Assembly: GCA_001179505.1 (NCBI GenBank)
Contig: CDMY01000471.1
Location: forward strand, 1-64,000
Reading direction: 5' to 3'
Source of the DNA: Vitrella brassicaformis CCMP3155
Taxonomy: Eukaryota > Protista > Chromerida
DNA: 64,000 bases
Of this stretch, positions 11,436-25,417 are shown piece by piece; within the stretch, counting starts at the first letter, position 1; every line of letters begins with the position of its first letter. A program made the translations under genes and the position numbers. The notes below the pieces were generated by a model. That model saw only the letters and a list, made by a program, of their open reading frames with translations, was not told the DNA's origin and did not search any database.

Positions 11436-13761
11436 TGTTGGGCTGGCCACAGAGCTGATGCGTTCGTCAGAGGAGGTTGTGCACCAAGTGGGGTGTCTGT
11501 ACGGCCTGTATCTGCTGTATGAGACCCAGTTCCACATGCCGCCCAACCTCAACATGGGCGGCTCGGGCATCATTCGGCAGCCAATACCCGTCAATCTACG
11601 TAACACACACACACACACACACGACACGACAGAGAGAGCAGGGGCGAATTTGCGCGAGCATTCCCTGCCTGTCTGTGTGTGTGTGTCTGTCATCAGAGAC
11701 TCTCGAGCTGCTCGAGTCGTTGATGAAGCGATGCGAGTCGAACGGTGAGGAGAGCTTCCCCGAGTGTGCGGCGATAGTGCAGCGGCTGCTGTCTGGTGAG
11801 GCCCTCACCCTGGGCTGCCGCGAGGGGCCGCTCTTCATGTTTCAGGACAGACAGGGGAAACCTCTCATCGCACAAACAGAGGCCAGGAGGTGGGTAAGGT
11901 GGGAGGGGCGAGGGAGGATCTGCCTGACTGTGTGACACACTGTGTCGTGTGTGCGCGTGTCTGGGGTGTGTGCCAGCTTCCTGAAGACACAGGGCTTCCA
12001 GACGAAGAGGGCCGATCTGGTAACAACAGACAGACAGGCAGCAGACGCTGCAGACCGACCGTTATGCTCTGTCTCTCTCTTTTCGTCGTATCTTGATGTA
12101 TGGCTTCCATCCTGCTTCTGTCTGTCTGTCTGTCTGTCTGTGTGTGTGTGTGTGGACGCAGGCTGGCCTCGTGCGTGGCACCACCGCCTTGATAGACCTG
12201 GCAGGGCGGTATGTGGCCCTCAGAGACCAAGAACGTAAGCTAAGCCCACTGCACCAAAGTGGAGGGACATCGATTCTCAGATTGTGGGCGTCATGTGTGG
12301 TGTATATCGCGTCGCAAAAGGCGGGCCGAATGCGAAGCCCCGTTGGAGCAAGAGCCGAGGTGACCTTCCCGACAACCTCCAGGCCATGCGCACAAACATT
12401 GAGGTCAGCAGACCAACCAGCCAGTCAGTCAGTCAGACCACACACACACTCACACACACACAGCAGACACCGAGCAACGCGCACCATCCCTTTCCCCCTG
12501 TTTGCAGAAGACGCAGGCGACTTTTCCCGAGGCGATGCCAGCAGACATGCCCCTCGACTCCCCAATTGGCTCGCCAAGACCCAAACCAAAGTCAAAGACC
12601 GCACCGACAGCACGGAAGCGAAAACGCCAAGAGGAGCCTTCACAGCCACCACAGCCGCCGGCGATTGAGGAAGGCCCACCAGAGGCTGCTGCGGCTGTTG
12701 ATGAGGGTAGGGAGCCTGATGCCCTGGATCAGCTGATGGAGGACCATTTCGCCCCGAAGGGGAAGAAGCGGGCGTCTCGCCAGGTGAGGAGGGAGCCGAA
12801 GCCCAAAGCAAAGAGGAAGAGCTGCGCCAAGGCCAAGCCGTCAGCAGCAACAGCAGCAGCAGCAGGAGCGGTTGTGAGTGACGATGGTGTGATGCACCCT
12901 GATGAGAACGCGGACCTGATCGACATGGTAACAGCGCAACACAGCACGACTCGACTCGTATATTCTCCCTATGTCTGTGTATCTTTCTCTCCCCACCACA
13001 CATCACACCTGTATGTCTGTGTGCAGCTGGAGCGCAGCCTTGAGGCGGCGCCACCCGAGCAGCAAGAAGACCTGCCTGCTATTCCAGCTCCACCCTCACC
13101 CCTCGCGGCCCCTCCCTCACCGCCCCCCTCCCCACCCGAGCCCAAAGCCAAGGCCAAGCCAAAGGCGAAGCGGCAGCCGAAAGCCAAGGCGGCCAAAGAA
13201 AAGCCGGCGGCCAAGCGGGCGTCAAGAGCCAAGGCCAAGACACCCGCAAAGGCCAAGGCTGCGGGGGGGGCGGCGGAGTCTGAGATTGAACATGAGATTG
13301 AGCATGAAGAGGACGATTCAACGAGAGTCAAGAAGGCGGTGGGGAAACGGGCAGCTGCCAAAGGAGCGGCGAGAGGCAGAGGGAGGGGCCGGGGAGCGAG
13401 GCCCAAGGGCGGGCAGAGGCTGACGGGCACCATTGCAAACCCAGCCAGGAGAAAACGCGACCTGGTTAGTCACCACAGCACAGCACACGCACGTCGCTCA
13501 TGTCATTGCCCATCTTCGTGTGTGCAGGGCCCCGAGGCTTCAGAGGAGGTATATGAGCCAGAGGAGCTGTCTGCTGGGTTGCTGGACAGCATGATTGCCG
13601 GCCAGGCTGAGGCCCCCCATCTGCAGCAGCAGCAGCAGCAGCAGCGGGTGCCGCAAGCTGCAGAGCCGTTAGACCGAGATGAGGAGTTGCTGCGTGAGCT
13701 GCAGGAGCTGGGGGCCGAGAGAGGGATGGAAGCTGACGAGGAGGACGAGGAGGAAGATTAG
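10954..13761 (+). CDS. SNAPC1: snRNA-activating protein complex subunit 1 (SNAP43)-like protein with long low-complexity tail
   Basis: Spliced N-terminus DLQTLIREF...FPLFRDVFRRLHFSEIH...VGCLYGLYLLYETQ...AAIVQRLLSGEAL resembles the SNAP43 domain signature (F..F....FS.I, G.LY.LY.LY.TQ). C-terminus is K/A/P-rich then acidic, with stop at 13761. Confidence 0.65.
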
Positions 13762-14463
13762 TGGACGAATGGATGGATGAGGGCCCTTGAACGAAACGAG
13801 ATGTGTTGTTTTGAGTCTGAGTGAGAGTGTGAGTGTGTCTTCTGAGCGGACGGGTGGGTGAGGTGAGGCGAGTGGATTGAAACGAAGAAACCTCAATCAG
13901 TGAACCATGATGTCTGTTCATGTCACTCACTGTAGTCACGTCGTCACTCCGCCACCAACCGATGGATGATACACATACGCTCACTTGTCCTAGACAGACA
14001 GACTGAGCCTAGCAGAGCATAGCCTAGCCAGAAAGGCCAAAGGCGGTTGTTCGTTCGTTCGTTCGTTCGTTGGTTCTACAAATACAGCGTGAGAAGCCCT
14101 CTCTCCCTCTCTGTTGCTCGCTCACTCGCTCGCTCACTCCCAAGACACTCTCGCAGCCCCCGTAAGTACCATCAGCCCTTTACTGCTATAACCCCCCAGC
14201 ACCCCACGCTCAGTGCGCCAGGCAGACAGACAGGCAGGTGCTGGCGGCTGGCTCTCCACTATCTGCAGAGCCGAGCGGTCAACAAAACCTGCCGGAGTCT
14301 GGCTGTCTGGCTCTCATTCTCGTACACACAGCACACCCACACGTACACACACACGTACTTGTACGAGTAGAGAGAGAGAGATGGAGCAAGGGATACTGAC
14401 AGATAGATAAGAGATCGATGTTGCTATAAAACCGTGTAGAGCATCGGGGGGGGGGGGGGGCCG

Positions 14464-14763
14464 NNNNNNNNNNNNNNNNNNNNNNNNNNNNNNNNNNNNN
14501 NNNNNNNNNNNNNNNNNNNNNNNNNNNNNNNNNNNNNNNNNNNNNNNNNNNNNNNNNNNNNNNNNNNNNNNNNNNNNNNNNNNNNNNNNNNNNNNNNNNN
14601 NNNNNNNNNNNNNNNNNNNNNNNNNNNNNNNNNNNNNNNNNNNNNNNNNNNNNNNNNNNNNNNNNNNNNNNNNNNNNNNNNNNNNNNNNNNNNNNNNNNN
14701 NNNNNNNNNNNNNNNNNNNNNNNNNNNNNNNNNNNNNNNNNNNNNNNNNNNNNNNNNNNNNNN
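14464..14763. other. Assembly gap (300 N) with overlapping flanks
   Basis: poly-G + ccg occurs on both sides of the gap. Confidence 0.95.
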
Positions 14764-14801
14764 GGGGGGGGGGGGGGGCCGGGTGTTGTCACACGTGTCA
14801 G

Positions 14802-17800
14802 TCACATTTCACATGTTTTTTTGCATGACTTTGCCGGTGGACCTGATCTGCCTCGGCGACCCCAGGCCGTGGAAGGACAGGCTGCACAGACCCCCCTGCA
14901 CACGGAACTGCACCACAGACAGGAACCTCAGTTGCAATGGCGAGTGTCGGTGGTTCTGCACGTCGGCACCCGTACCTGTGAGGTCTGTCCCCTTTTGAAT
15001 GTCACAAACCCGTCGAGTCTCAGTGCCCCCTGCCCGAAGTCCTGCACAGGCGGCCCTCTCGGCGCGCCTATCGAACGACCCAACTCAATCTTACGCAACG
15101 GGCCACGCACCCTGCACACACACCACACCACACACACTCACACGACTCTCCGCCCGTCACGTCCCTCTCCCTCACCCGGTATAGCTATCATACCTCAGTG
15201 CCAGTTCGGTGCTGCCCCTTCTGTCAAAGCTGCCAACGCTGCCCGATGAGGCCGATGAGCCTGGGGGAGGGGAGGGGAAGTTGGCACCCACCCCTACAGC
15301 AGCCGCTCCTGCTGCAGCTGGGGGTGCCACTGGCGCGTCGGTCGGCGCGTGCAGTGGCGATGCGGGTGTGTTGGTGTTGGTGTTGTTGTTGTTGGCTGCC
15401 GCGGCGAGGTGTGTGGTGGAGAGCGGCTGTAGGAAGAGCCTGTAGCCGGGCATGGTGTAGGCCACGAGATAGTGCGCGTTGAACTTGTCGAACGCCCAGT
15501 GGCTGTGCTGGTCGGCCACCACCACACGGCACTCCTGAAACAAACAAAACACGTGTGTGTGTGTGTGTGTGTGCGTGTGACCCCGACGCACCTTCATTTC
15601 CAGCTCTCTGTTGGCGAAGTCGTCTTGAAGCGTCGCGTTCTGGTAGAATGCCCAAGCGTCCTTCTGTCAGCCAACCCAGCACACAAATGCGTCCACACGT
15701 GTGCCAACGGCCTGTCTGTCTGTCTGTCTGTCTCACGGACTGACTGAGTCACCGGTGGCTTGGCCTTGAGGTTCCCCGGCTTGAAGAGCCCGTCTCGGTT
15801 GTTGATGATCATCTCCTGTATGCTGACGTTGAAGTGCGCCTTCCCCTTGTGGTGCGCAAACACAATCGTCGCTATGCGCGGCTCAAGCGGACGCACCTCA
15901 CCGTCACCGCTCACACGCACCACCAAGGTCTCCAGGTCAACGAGCTCCTCGTCTGTCACGCCGTTTGCGTCGTGTCGATATTCCTCCTCCCACAGGGCCG
16001 CGTCGTCTTGCTGCTGCTGCTGCTGCTGCTGGTCGTCGAAGACTGCTGCTGCGGCGGTGTCCTCGGCGTCGCTGTCGAAGTCGTCGGCGTAGCGGCAGGC
16101 AATCGACAGGGGGACCTTCTCCTGAACGAAAGAATCGAAAGCGCGGGTGACGAGTGTGAGCTTGTGTGTGTCTGTCTATATGGTACCTTTCTCCTCTCAA
16201 TGGAGATTGAAAAGGCGAAGTTGTCTAGGGGTGTGGAGGCCCCCGGCACCACCTGCAGCTCAACCTGACAAGACACTCAGACACACGACAGCCATTGCTC
16301 CGGTCTGTCTCTCCCCTCTCCCGGGCACTTACCTCATCGGGTCTGTTTGCGTCGCGCCTGACGAGCATGACGTCGCCGTCCTCGAGGTCGCTGTCAAACG
16401 ATACACGGCAGTACGGACGCCGAGAGGCACCACCATCTGACGTACGTGACACACACCGACAGACAGATAGGTGGGTCGATGGGGGCATGGGTAGGTGACC
16501 GCACTCGACTGACCTCCGCCAACGTTAGTGTCGCTCAGGCTGGACGAGAGGTGGTGTGCGTCGGGGCCGGCAAGGAAGCGAGCGCACGGGGAGAACTTGC
16601 GGAACAGATCCGTCAGCGAGTTCACCTGACACACAAACGGAGGGAGGCCCAACAAACAACCAAACAAACACATACATACACCACACGGAACCACACAGAG
16701 AGAATCCCTCTCTCTCTCTCTCTCTCTCGGCTGCCTGCCTGCCCACCTCTGCATCCTCGATGGGCAGCTCCACACCCTTCCTCGCGCCAGCCCCCATCCC
16801 ATCAAGCGCCCCCACACCAGCCAGTGCACCCACTACCCGCTGCACCGGCGGCTTGCCGCCGCCGCCACCGCCGCCCGTTCCCCTCCACCCAGTCCGCTTG
16901 AACGAGTCCAGGATCAAGTTGGCCTTGGCCACGGCATCCTCACACGGGATGCAGTTTGGCGGCATCTGTGCCATCGGCTGCTGGAGGGGCTGGGGCGGTG
17001 GGGGTGGGGCGAAGGATGGATGCGAAGCGCCCAGTGTGCGCATGGCAAACTGCGTGAGACCTGGGTACGACGACGTGGCTGCCGATGGTGATGGTGGTGG
17101 TGGTGGTGCTGGTGGTGGTTGCCTGCTCTCGGGCGGCTCTTGCCGCTGTTGTGACGGAACCCGTCGCTCCTCACTCATCCTGGGAGGGGTCTCCGTCTTG
17201 AGCGGCCCGATCATGCGGTCGACAAGGGACTCGTTCATCTCGTCGGTGGTGGCCCGGTCGACATCCACCGACTGCTCACGCATGTAGTCGTCCGCCGTCA
17301 CGGTGCCGTTGGTCTGCGCATAGGGGATCGGCAGAGGTGGCGGATGATGTACTTGAGAGAAGGGCTGCGGCGCCATGGCAGGGGGAGGAGGCCCACCGAA
17401 TGAGATGGGAGGGCCATTGGGCGGTGACGGCAGCCTGCCGCGGGGGTGGGCCTGAGGGTGTGGCTGCACCTGCATCTGCATCTGCATCGGCCAGTGGTCG
17501 TTGGTTGCAGGTGGGCCTGGTGGCCTGGCCGGCTGGCCATGGTTGTACTGGGGTGGCGGGAGGGGGTACGGGGGAGCCACGAAGTGGTTGGGGGGCTGGG
17601 GGAAGGGGGACGGCTGAAGAAAGGAAGACAACAAACAAGAGAAAAGAGGCAGATGCATCCAAATGCAGCGGGTGTCATGTCATGACCAGGTGCTCAGCCG
17701 CCTCGCCTCACCTGTCCGAACATGGCTCTGGGGTTCGGGGGGTGCCGCGCAAGACCCATCTGCTGCAGCTCTGCAGTAGGCAAGGCAGCAACGATGGGCA

Positions 17801-18653
17801 GAACACGCACATGAGAGAACGCACCCCAGGCCAGCAGCGCCTGTTGTGTCTGTGCCCCCCCGGGTCTTACGGTGTTCTGCGGCCTCGACGTACATCTCCT
17901 CGCGCTCAATGCGATCTGTCATGACAGACACCAGAGTGACAGCGTGTTGTCTGCCTGCCTGCCTGCCCGAGTGCCGTGATCCACGCGCCACTCACCTGTT
18001 TCGTGGCGGTTCTTTCGCACGCTCACGTGGAGGTCGGGATGGTGCTTCTGAATGTGGTCGCTGTAGTTGCTGACAGAACCAACAGCCACACACACACACA
18101 CACGCACACACACACAGAGAGAGAGAACGAGTGAATGAGTGGATCTCCCTCCTTTGTCCGTCTGCCTCCCTCAATGATTCACACCTCCGCACTACAGACC
18201 TGTATGAGATGGCCTTTGGTGGGCTGCAGTGTGTGCAGACCTGCCACCACTCGCCCGAGGCCTTTTTGGAGTCGACGAGGCACTTGGGGTGCATGCGGCA
18301 CTGGCTGTGTGGGTGCATCTGGCCGGTCGCCTCGTCCAGGGCGAACAGCACACAACCCTCATCCCCCGTCTGGCACAGCAAACACTGACGCGGGTCATGC
18401 ACCCTAAACACACACACACAACAAACACACACACATACACACACGCACGCACAGCAGCACATTCAACTCAGAGTCTGAGTCACTTCGCCTGTCCTCTCTC
18501 CTATGTGCGGGCGGACCTGAGCAGTTTTCTGTTGTCGAAGGTTTTGCCGACAGCCTCCTCGGCCTTCATGTAGAGCCCATCTTGCAGCTTGCCCCACCAG
18601 ACGCCGTCATAGAGCGTCGGCGGCTTCTGCTTGGGCTTCCGTGGGTGCGACAT
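14802..18653 (-). CDS. Multi-exon hypothetical protein with Cys/His-rich (Zn-finger-like) N-terminus and Pro/Gln-rich middle
   Basis: Start MSHPRKPKQK (18653). Exons include CLLC...HSQCRMHPKC...CTHC, HIQKHH, the long Pro-rich ORF 16525-17658, LEPRIATIVFAHH and WAFDKFNAHYLVAY. Terminal exons and stop at 14802 are tentative. Confidence 0.55.
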
Positions 18654-18939
18654 TCGGTCGGCCGGGCGCAGGTCAGACGGCGATGGATGGTGGGATGCAC
18701 CAGACGGCCTCTCGCTTTTTTTGTGGGAGGAATTTCCCCGGATGCAGGGTTCGGGTTGCTGGGTTTCTTCTGACCAGCTCGCAAACCTGGCCTCGGCCAG
18801 GAGATCTCTCCTAGCATCCCCTCCTCTCACCAAAAGACCATGGGCAGGTGAGGAAGGGTGACAGAAGGGGAAGTGCCTGTGTTGGCGGCAAAGGTCTGCA
18901 GTCTGCGGCGAGAGGAGGGAGGGACCGGAAGAATTAAGG

Positions 18940-19909
18940 ATGTCAGCGTCATCAGCGCGGGTGCTGTTCCCCTCGTTCTTCACGTTCGCATGCTTTGCGG
19001 TTTTTCTGTGGCCCCTGGTGCAGACCATGTGAGATATGGACACACGCTCGATGGAAACAGACAGCACGATCCACCTCGTCTGTACGTTCGTCTGTTCGTC
19101 TGTCCGTCTGTGTGAGTTCAGCTACCTCACCACTGACGTCAACTTCAGATACTGGGTGGGCTACTGGATGCTTATCTGCCTGGCCCTGCCCGTCCTGTAC
19201 CTCGCCACCTACGTCATGCACCTCGTCCGCACCCGGCCGTCGCGGTCGCTCATCCTGGCGAGTTTCATTGCAAGTTCCTGCCTCTTCAGTAAGCGAATGC
19301 ACTTCTGATGGATGGATGGATGGATGTGTGTGTGGTGTAGTTGTGTTGGGTGTGGCGCTTCTCCTGTACTCTAGTGGACTGGGCGACCAGCTGCTGTCCA
19401 CCGACTGCGCCACGTGGAAGCGCACTCGGCCCCTCGAGCAGACCTACCAGGATGCCAGGGAGCTGTACGCCTGCTGCCTCTCCGAGCATGGCGACAACTC
19501 ACTCAGCCAATACTGCCCCGCACCCGCAACCGCAACCGCAACCTCACCCACAGCCAATGGCACATCCAGCAGTAATGGGCGGCAGGACATCCTGGTGACA
19601 GAGTGCGATAGATATGAGGACCTCTACAACGACCACAAAGGTGATCTGGCCTACCTGGCGTACCTGGAGACCTCCTACTACTGCAGCGGCTTCTGCACTG
19701 TGGCCGAGCGGCCGCTCTTCACCCGCACCCTCCAAGGCAACGACGCGTGTGCCGAGGCGGTGGCGAGCGTGATACGGTCCAAGGTGGATTTCCACGCGGT
19801 GCAGATGATCAGCTATGGGGGCATTACGCTGGTGCTGTTTCTGGCGTGGCTGGGCTTTACCAACAAGACGCTGAGGTTCCTCTCGAGGGACCAGTCGCCG
19901 CTCTACTGA
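18940..19909 (+). CDS. Four-TM tetraspanin-like membrane protein
   Basis: Three exons join in frame (MSASSARVLF...I|YLTTDVNFRYWVGYW...I|VLGVALLLY). Three N-terminal hydrophobic segments, a Cys-rich loop (DCATW, ACCL, YCP, ECD, YCSGFC, ACAE) and a final TM. Confidence 0.65.
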
Positions 19910-19985
19910 CCGACTGACTGCTTCGGATGAATCCTCCCTCTTCTATCGCAATGAAGATCATCGTTAGAGAGGGTGCATATATATG

Positions 19986-20285
19986 NNNNNNNNNNNNNNN
20001 NNNNNNNNNNNNNNNNNNNNNNNNNNNNNNNNNNNNNNNNNNNNNNNNNNNNNNNNNNNNNNNNNNNNNNNNNNNNNNNNNNNNNNNNNNNNNNNNNNNN
20101 NNNNNNNNNNNNNNNNNNNNNNNNNNNNNNNNNNNNNNNNNNNNNNNNNNNNNNNNNNNNNNNNNNNNNNNNNNNNNNNNNNNNNNNNNNNNNNNNNNNN
20201 NNNNNNNNNNNNNNNNNNNNNNNNNNNNNNNNNNNNNNNNNNNNNNNNNNNNNNNNNNNNNNNNNNNNNNNNNNNNNNNNNNNNN
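19986..20285. other. Assembly gap (300 N)
   Basis: Run of N. Confidence 0.95.
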
Positions 20286-22351
20286 CTGGGGCAATCTATC
20301 TGTCTCTGTGGAGCGAGCGGTGGACGAATCAATCGACTAGTTAAGGGACTAGCAGTAGATAGTAGGTAGTAGTAACACCACCGGATCGATGCGTCTGGTC
20401 TGTCAATAGCTGTCACTCAAGGTCAACACACACACACACACACACACGCATCCATCGCATCGCACACCGTTCTGTAAGTAATTATAACAGCCGGGGAGAG
20501 AGCGAGAAACAAACGGACACACACATAGGAGATCCCCTCAAGCAGCAGGTAAGAATGTAGGCAGGCGGGTAGGTAGACACGAGAGGCATCTGTCTGTCTG
20601 TCTGTCTGTCTGTCAGCCGACACACACGGACGGATGAAGAAATGCACCCACACCAACACATCCACCACCAACACACACACACACACACACGCGCGCGCGC
20701 TCATACTGGAAGCAGCTGTGCTGTGCTGTGTTGTGCTGCGCGTACGCGCACGTACACACTCACTGCACCATGAATGGAATGAATGGTACCGTAGCGCCGT
20801 GGGGCGGGTGGGTGGGCGGGCGAGAAACAAGTTACACAACCAACCACATACACATCGAGTCGAGCGAACCTCCCCGTCTCGGCTTCACACACACAGGTAT
20901 GCATGCATCGCCGTTAGATAGACAAGTAAGTACCATCACTCCCATATCGAGGACGAGAAATGTACGCAGGCAGGCACTTATATAGCCAGCCCTGTCTGCC
21001 TGCCTCATCGTATGCATCCCATGCCATGCCTTCTCAAGATACATACTGCGAACCAAACCAACGGTTGGCAAGTTAGGTTGGGTCGGTGTGTGTGCGATGC
21101 GATACGGTGCGACGGAAAAGCGGACATCACGTCACAGGGTGGGTCGGTGGGGTGGGTGTCTGCACCGTCCTTCAATCAGCAAGCAGGGCAAGTTAGTATC
21201 GTGTGTGTGTTGACCAAACAGAGGTGAGGAAGAGAGGGAGGGACGATCGGTTCTCTCCCTCTCGGTATACGCAACACCAGCACGCCCCCCCCACCAACAC
21301 ATGCAGCGCAAAAAAACTGCCACCGACCTCGCCCCCCACTGGCAATCCCTCCCTCCCCGCCAGCCCACAGCGCTATACCCATCCCACCCACCCAGGCATA
21401 GCCAACAGCAGCACTACCACCACCACCACCAGCAGCAGCACCAGCAGCAAAAACCGCTCACAACTACGGCCGTCTCCCCTGCCTCCCGGGCTCCCTCTCT
21501 CTCTGCGCCTCTCTGCCTGCCAATTCAATGTGCCCATGTGTGTGTGTGTGTGTGTGTATGTGTGTGTGCAAAATCCACCAGCAGCAAGCATCATCCATCG
21601 ACCGACCGGCCAAGCAAGCAACCAACCTGGCTCACCCACTCATTCACGCATCCGCAGTGGGAAAAATACGTGACGGTCTTCCTTCCGAGCCGAGCAGGTG
21701 TGACAAAAAGAGGGCCCCACACACAGACAGAAAGAGAGACAGACAGACAGAAAGAGATAGGTAGAAGAGGGAGATAGATACATACACACATACACACATA
21801 CACGGAATGCAATGCGCACACAAAGAGATCTTCGCTGGCTGGTTGGCTGCTTGAAATCCAAGGCAAGGCGAATTCAACCGTCTGTCTGATCTGATCTGCC
21901 TCCCAGTGGCCAAGCACCCCATTGGCTGCTCTGCTCGGCTCGGCTCGGCTCGGCTCGGCTGGGCGGCCTGGACGCGCGCCTCGCTCACTCGCTGACATGT
22001 ATGGACTGCCCTTAAAGCCTTCTGTCGTTCAAAAGCAATACACTTGCAGGCACGCACACACCCACACCCAAACCCCCCTCCAATGCATGCCAAGCCAGCA
22101 AATATGCTCTCAAACACACGCACGACACGCACTCGACACAAGAAGCCGACCAGCCAACCAAGGGATATTTACAACAAACACACCAAACACACAGGCCGTG
22201 ACTCCCTCGGTCGTTATGAGCAAGTACCCACACCCCGCCCCGCCCAGCCTCCCCCCAACCCAGCCAGCCAGCCGAACCCGACCAAAAACGACCCACCCAG
22301 AGTATCCCGAAACAAAACCACCGACTGCCCCAGTGTCCCCGGTTCCCTCCC

Positions 22352-25300
22352 TCACGGTGAAGTCTCGCTCTTGCCGCTCGCAGACTGACCGCTCGCCGTC
22401 GTGGCCTCGCCCCAACCCTTGTCTGGCGCGGCAACAGGCACCGCACCGTTAGTCGCCACACCACCAGCCACAGCCACACCACCGGCCGCAGCCGCACTAC
22501 TCGCCCCCCGTGCACTGGACGGAGGTCTCGGCTTAGGCGGCCGTGAAGACGTGCCAGCCGCCGGGGGCGCCGATATGGTCAGCACGGGGGCGTTGTGGGC
22601 AGGGGCGAGGGAGATGGGCGGGCTGAGCGGCACCGCGCCGTTGACGATGACCGGCAGGGGGGTCTCATGCTCGCTTTCCCGGTCCCACACGCTGGCCCCG
22701 TTGGTTGTGGTCTTGGGCACGGCCGAGCTCGGCCGGGAGCCGCCCCCCGACCCTCCTCTCTCATACGAGTCGTAAATTGGCACGGCAGACGCAGGCTGAG
22801 ACGGGGTGGGGGTGGGGGTGCGCCGTGTGCGTGACCGTCCGAAGGGAAACCCGCAGCCCCGGTGAGGAGCGGGGTCCTCGTCGGGATCTGGCGGCAGAGT
22901 GGGGCTCGATGGCTCGCTCATCTGGCAGATCTGCCTGCCGTCGCCCCCGGGGGGGCTCACGCGGGGGTTGTCGGCCGACAGCCGATGGGGGTCCGCAATG
23001 GTGACGTGCAGGTCGGGTGTGCGGGGGTTTTTGCGACCACCCTCGCCTGAGGCTGATGGTGAGAAGGAGCGGAATGAGCGTGAAGGGCTGCTGGCGTTGG
23101 AGGCAGCCCCGAGGCTGCCCCCCTGCTTGACCAGACGGCGGAGCTTCTTGACCAGCCGCTGACACAGGCGGTTCTCTTCATTGAAGAAACCACCCTGCAC
23201 ACCAGCCAGTGACCAACACACCGACACATCCATCCAGCCATTCTCCCAGGCACCCCATTCTCTCCGTTGTTTCTCTCTCACCACGTGAGCGTTGATGGAG
23301 CCCTCCTCCGCCCCCCCTCTGGGCCTGAAGAGCTGCAGGGATATGGGTCCCTTGCGGCCCTCCATCTTCTGCTGCAGCAGCTTGAAGGGCGTGTTGCCCG
23401 AGTCGTCAGGCTTGGCGGGGTCGGCGCCGCGCTCGACGAGCAGGTCTGCGATGGCGTACTGGCCGAAGTAGACAGAGTACATCAGGGCCGTCCGGCCGTG
23501 GCTGTCAGCCTGGTCGTAGTCCAGGTGTTGACCTGTGGTGGGTGGGAAGAGAGGCAAGAAACGCTTTGTTGGGTGTGTTTGTGTGTGTCTTGGGAGGGGC
23601 GTGTGGTGTGGTGTGGTGTGCACCCACCTTTGGCCATGATGAGGTTGGCCATGGTGTGGTTGCGGCAGCGGATCGAGGAGATCAGCGGGGTCTCCTGACC
23701 GACCAACAGACCAATCAGACCAATCACATGCATCGTATCGCACCGCATCGTTTGTGGATCCGTCCTTCACACACACACGTACCCCGTTCTTGGTCTCGGC
23801 CGCATTGACATCGGCCCCAGACGTCAACAACACCTCAGCAACAGATGCCTGACACACACACACACACACACGCACACACACACATATCAACGACACACCT
23901 TCCTTAATGTAAGGTGATATGATGATGAGCGTCCAGCCCACAGACACAGACAGACACACATACCCACCCTGTTCTCGAGGCATGCGATGTGCAGTGCGGT
24001 CCTGCCCTTGCCGTCACGGAGGTCCACGTCCGCACCCTTACGCAGCAGCAGCTTGACACACTCAACGAAACCTACACACACACACATGCAGGTGGAGTGG
24101 GCAAGGTGAGTGAGGCAGACAGACAGGCGGGGCGGCATGTGCAGTGCCTAGTGCCTAGTGCTCAGTCCTCACTCACCCCCGTTGGAGGCCAGGTGAACGG
24201 CGGCCAGGCCGTCGTGGCCACGGGCGTTCACATCCACACCTGACACACCGACCGACCGACCGACCAATCCATCTCTCTCCCTCTCTCCCTCTCGTGTGTG
24301 TGTCTGCCCGTTGTTAAGTACCTCGTTCGATGAGGAATGCGAGCACCTTGGCCCTGCCCAGCCTGGCGGCCTGGATGTGCGGCAGCGACCACAGAGGGTG
24401 CTCACGGTGGAGCAGGTCCGGGTGACGACTCACCTGGCCATCCACAACACAACACAACACAACACAACACGAAACAGCACAAGGCGACACGACACACACG
24501 CATCGGTAAGAGAATGATGGCGTACGTGTCTGTGTGTGTCAGGGACGGGACGGGGCGTGGCGTACCAGTGTGTTGATGCCTTTGAGGTTGCCCCTGAGTA
24601 TGGCGCAGGTGAGCACGTCGGTCAGCACCCACCGCTTGCTGGCGCGAGAACCCGCACCGAAGTCGAGAAACGTTTCCAACCAACCTGCACGCACACACGC
24701 TGCCTTAACTCCCCTCCCTCTCTCTGTCTGTGTCTCTGTGGCTCACTTGGGTTCTGCTGGTACGCGAGAAGTGTGGGCGTGTAGTGTGAGGGGTCCGACC
24801 AGTTGGGGTTGCCCCCCGCCTGCAGGAGCTTGATAATGATCTCGTCAATGTTGCAGCCAGACCCGTGACCACCGCCAGCAGCAGCACCCGAAGCAGCTGG
24901 GCCCATGGTCTCCCTGTAACCGCTCCACCGCCGCGTGTGCGAGCACCGAGCCGTCACAGGACTGGCCACAGAGCTCTGGGCACCATCCTGCTGGACGTCA
25001 GCAGGTGGTGGCGGTGGTGAGGGTGGGGGGTCACTGGTGGTGGTCTCGACGTCAGCGGGCGAGAGGGGGGATGGCGGTGAGGGAGGGGAGGAGTGTGGGG
25101 CCTGGGTGCCGGCTGCAGCGGCCAGGGGGTTGGGGCGGTGGTGGCTGCGGTGGACCAGCAGGCGGCTGCGGCCCTCGCACGCTATGAACAGGGGAGACTT
25201 GTACCTGATTCATGTGTGTATCAGTGTCAGGGAGAGAGAGTGACACACGGACATTTCGCAGGGGTCTGTGAGGGTGCTTGTGTACGTTTTGATGGCCGGG

Positions 25301-25379
25301 GCTGCGGCGTCGAGGACCGCGCCGCGCTTGATCAACAGGTCAATCATGTCGCAGTTCTCATTCTGAACACCACAACAGC

Positions 25380-25417
<38 letters not shown>

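Noticed and set aside
20286-22350. ORFs downstream of the gap
   Set aside because: Simple repeats (CA, GACA, CAC/CAG, CTCGG) with no splice-consistent gene.
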